In this document: positions 60,675-64,000 of the stretch, piece after piece | Layout of the letters: each line of letters starts with the position of its first letter | Position numbering within the stretch: the first letter of the stretch is position 1 | Position numbers and translations under genes: made by a program | Origin: Neoechinorhynchus agilis | Taxonomy: Eukaryota; Animalia; Acanthocephala | Length of the DNA stretch: 64,000 bases | NCBI GenBank assembly: GCA_051530055.1 | Contig: CM121342.1 | Coordinates: forward strand, 9,253,480-9,317,479 | Direction: 5' to 3' | Notes under the pieces: generated by a model | Told to the model about the DNA's origin: nothing | Database searches by the model: none | What the model saw: the letters and a program-made list of their open reading frames with translations, nothing else

Positions 60675-61602
60675 TCAAGGACTGCGTTCGGGATAAAAAC
60701 TCTTGTTATCGTCATTCTTGTGATTTCGACCCCTTCGTACTGGTCTCAACGTAGGATGTTCATCGATCGGACTTGTCGTGTAGACAAAAAATGGCACATC
60801 CGGTTCATTCATCCCAATATACACTGGAGGTGGGTTGCTCAATCGTTTCTGGATCATTTACTCGATAGATTAGATGGTTACTACTCGCTTCTTAATCCGA
60901 TCAACCGATCATTTCCATGATCAGATTACTGGCTGTAGTGAATAAAACTCGATAGAGGATAATATTAGCTATTAGAACTAGCCATAATTCCATAAACATA
61001 ATTCGTATTTTCGCTACCCGTTGGCTTTTAGAAATAGGTAACATCACATCATGCAGTAAACCAATACAGAGTAAGGAAAGAACGAATGCTATCAGTATCA
61101 AACTGATGAACCCATTGTAGATTCCATTGACTTTTAGATTTTTAGGCGTCCTCGTGAAGAAGACCTGTAGGTTTTTAAAAGAAATACGCAGATCAATTTA
61201 AGAGTGAAGGTGATGCAATTGATAAGGAACCAAAACAAGAACGTTACACGACTTTGTTCAAATTTTATTCTCGATTTCTCCTCGCTCGGAACATACCTTC
61301 GGCTACCCAAAAGTGCAAACCCTGCCATTATACTTACAATTCCATGAACTACAGCAGATGAAAACAATAGGCTATACCAATTCCGTCCACGCATTATTGC
61401 TTGAAATAGCTTTTTGCAATAATAGTTGTAAATAGAAACAAAGAAAGTACGCATACTCGTGATCCATCGACGATTCAATCACATACAACCAAGTAACGAT
61501 GCTGAATGTCAAACCCTTTCTCCAAGAATTTTTTGCCCGCTTCTCGATATTCATGAGTCGTAAAATATGAAAGCTAAGCCTCTTACCTCGCTCGGAAAGC
61601 AT
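60675..61602 (-). CDS. Putative multi-pass membrane protein (exon structure unresolved)
   Basis: Consecutive hydrophobic ORFs 61134-61478 and 60901-61101, then a PPPVY-containing hydrophilic ORF 60675-60857. Confidence 0.3.
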
Positions 61603-62256
61603 AAGAAATCGAATTGCTTGGACATGGAATTGTTCATGCCATTTTATATGGCGGAACCTAATAAATTACTTCATTTTTTTGCAAACGTAAAAAAGAAATC
61701 GAATTCATCAGGATCGACTTTTTAAACGAAAAAATTTATCCGGTTGGGTAGTATACTGGTAAAGCGTTTCTTTTATGATTTAGGAAACTCATTTCTAAAG
61801 TTAACGAACAAAAATTTCCGGTTTGCTTGTATGTGATGAAATATCGAACTTATGATAAGTTACTGTAATTTTTTCGCAACATAAGAAAGGAATTGTAAAT
61901 AAATTATTCATTATGGAGTTTGTAGTCAGCTTTGTTGCCAACAAAAATACTTGCTTGCTGGATCATAATGGCTTCCATAGTCAGATTCCATGTTCGAATT
62001 GCTGTCTGTAATATGTGGGATAAACGAACAATCTAAAAAGAAGGATTGCTGAGCACAGAAGAGCAGCTATCAAAAGTCTGACGTGAGCTCGGCAATAGTG
62101 TCTCACATCAATGGCAGTGGGCATGAAATCAATTTTGATGGCGTCGAGGTTCTTGCGAGGAGTAATGTAAGACACGACAGAGTGAAGCTGACTACAAACT
62201 CGGTCTGCGAGTCCCGCCGGATAAACTATTTAACCATGCTTCTTTTAAATTGTAGA

Positions 62257-62296
62257 TTGACTGAAGAAGGCCAACGAAAACACCGAAAATTTTCAA
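62257..62296 (+). ncRNA. Minimal hammerhead, stem II damaged
   Basis: UUGA-CUGAAGA-A-GGCC..CACC-GAAA-AUUU-UCAA. Confidence 0.6.
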
Positions 62297-62560
62297 GATA
62301 AATATATTTTCTGAATCAAACATCGCTAACTGAAACTGAAAATAAAAAAGGAAATCGAATTCATTATGATCAGCTTTTCTAATTGAAAAAACTTGTCCGG
62401 TTGGATAATAAACTGGTAAAACGTTTCTTAACTGATTTAGGAAACTCTTGCCCAAAGATTACGAAGGCGCCAGGGCCTCAGTTGCCTCCAAATTAGCATG
62501 CCTGATCGAGCGCATCCTACGTGATTCAACTATTTGACAATGCTTCTTTTAAATTGTAGA

Positions 62561-62600
62561 TTGACTGAAGAAGGCCAACGAAAAGGCCGAAAATTTTCAA
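62561..62600 (+). ncRNA. Minimal hammerhead, stems intact
   Basis: UUGA-CUGAAGA-A-GGCC(AACGAAAA)GGCC-GAAA-AUUU-UCAA. Confidence 0.78.
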
Positions 62601-62784
62601 GATAAATATATTTTCTGAATCAAGCATCGCTAATTGAAACTGAAACTGTAATGAATAATTTCTTTACAATAACCAAACAGATCTATAGCGAGTCTGCTTT
62701 ACACCAACTGCGTCTAATGGAGAAATTGTTCTTGAGAATAGTCCGCAACAAAAATGCATCGGAATTCCTAGAAAGTTGTAAACT

Positions 62785-63333
62785 GTGACCCCAAGAATCG
62801 GAGCCCTGCAGTTTAGAACTAAGATGGAGGAGTTATTGTATGACTTATCGATTAGAATTAAGAATGTTCCATTAGGGGAGCTTGAAGGAAGTTACAATAG
62901 GGCGATTTTGAAGGGAAGAAATCGGGTTTCGAATGTAACAGATACGATGTTTGTTAGACTCAAAGAGATCAACGCACGACTAAAAATCGATAAAGGACAT
63001 CGATTTTGTGTGATAAACAAAGAACAGTTCAAACAACTGGGTGAAGAAATTCTCTAAGCGAATGAATTCAAGAGGTTAGATGTTTGTCCCATAGAAAAAC
63101 GTGAGAATGAACTTAACAGATTGCTTCTGAAATTAGTGAAACAGAAATGTTTACCAGAAGAGGAATATAGAAGAATACGATCTGTGAATGTAAAGACGCC
63201 AAAAATTTATTTATTGGCAAAGATCCACAGAACACCCATCAAAGAGCGACCGATCATCGCTGCACACTCTTCCTATAATTATAAGTTTCCAAAGAAATTA
63301 TCTAGTTTTATTAAACAGCTCCTAACCCCATAA
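62785..63333 (+). mobile_element. Penelope-like RT N-terminal fragment, related to 25277-25978
   Basis: KIDKGH, TPKIYLLAKIHRTPIKERPIIAAHSSYNYK. Confidence 0.85.
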
Positions 63334-63339
63334 CATAAC

Positions 63340-64000
63340 ATGATTTATTCATCGTAAATTATTATTATTACAATAGTAAGATTCTAATTCCTGTTAATTC
63401 GTCCATTTCTCGAGCCTTATAAGGAAGAAGTCTCTTAGCTCTCCAGCCCAGGTAAGAGGCAACGAGTCTAGATGCTTCAAAAAGGCGTTAATGAACTGTA
63501 GTTTCTGTTCTGGAGGGCGACCTCTGGAAAAAATACCAGGCTAGAGATTGCCCGAGTATTCTAAATGGATTCGATTTGCTTAAGACTCAATCCAAGATTA
63601 CAGGCCCGTCTGGCTTTAGATTTGGCAATTTTCAAAAGTTTTCTCGTTCTGGTAATATCAGGTCTAACAGAGAGATTAGCATTAAAAGTATGTCCTAAAA
63701 TTCGCAGATTGATAGGGGAATTTGAATCTATTTGTGGAGGGTTTAGATTAGGGTTAACAATTTTATCTAAGAAAGTTTTAAGGTTTTTGCGAAGACGACT
63801 AGACCGTATTTTGAAAATACATTTCGTTTTCGATAAGTTCAAAGAAAGGTTCATTTTTGTCAAGATGGAGTTGAGGTAGTCCAAAGATTGCTTTTCTCTA
63901 CTCTGTGAGCGTCGAAGACAAATGTGATGTCATCTGCATAACAAGTTAAAGAAGCTTTAACTTTGAAATTTTGAACAATGTATTGTGAGGTCATTAAAAA
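63340..64000 (-). mobile_element. LINE RT C-terminus and 3' end, same family as 1-2650
   Basis: YADD on the minus strand near 63935; LNLSKTKCIFK, LRILGHTF, KLLKIAKSKA; AATAAA plus a short TGTTA tail near 63335. Confidence 0.85.

Larger units (their letters stand above)
61990..62650 (+). mobile_element. Penelope-like 3' end (GIY-YIG tail) with tandem pLTR-like repeats
   Basis: SAIVSHINGSGHEINFDGVEVLARS; direct repeat of about 115 bp at about 62222 and 62527. Confidence 0.75.

Overview
AT-rich eukaryotic DNA, most likely from an animal. The evidence is short GT-AG introns of about 38-64 nt and genes resembling sigma-class GST, PPM1E/F and CK1; the taxon cannot be resolved from this window. Apparently intact host genes are a GST, a phosducin-like TXNDC9, two head-to-head PDSS1-like polyprenyl diphosphate synthases and a PP2C phosphatase. 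A small acidic orphan ORF occurs in three copies. There are also CK1-like and U1-type zinc-finger pseudogenes that the ORF track misses. About half the window is decayed retroelements: roughly 11 Penelope-like pieces, 6 CRE-like (RLE) pieces, 5 pieces of an APE/gag-knuckle LINE group, 2 RTE pieces and 2 Gypsy fragments. Highlights: (1) a set of self-cleaving ribozyme motifs at retroelement ends, namely several minimal hammerheads and a twister at the 5' end of the RTE; (2) a splice junction inside the catalytic DDxxD motif of both PDSS1 paralogs that cannot be joined with canonical GT-AG; (3) the orphan gene family; (4) several hairpins, palindromes and composite repeats. All motif matches and alignments were done by eye, and element boundaries are approximate.
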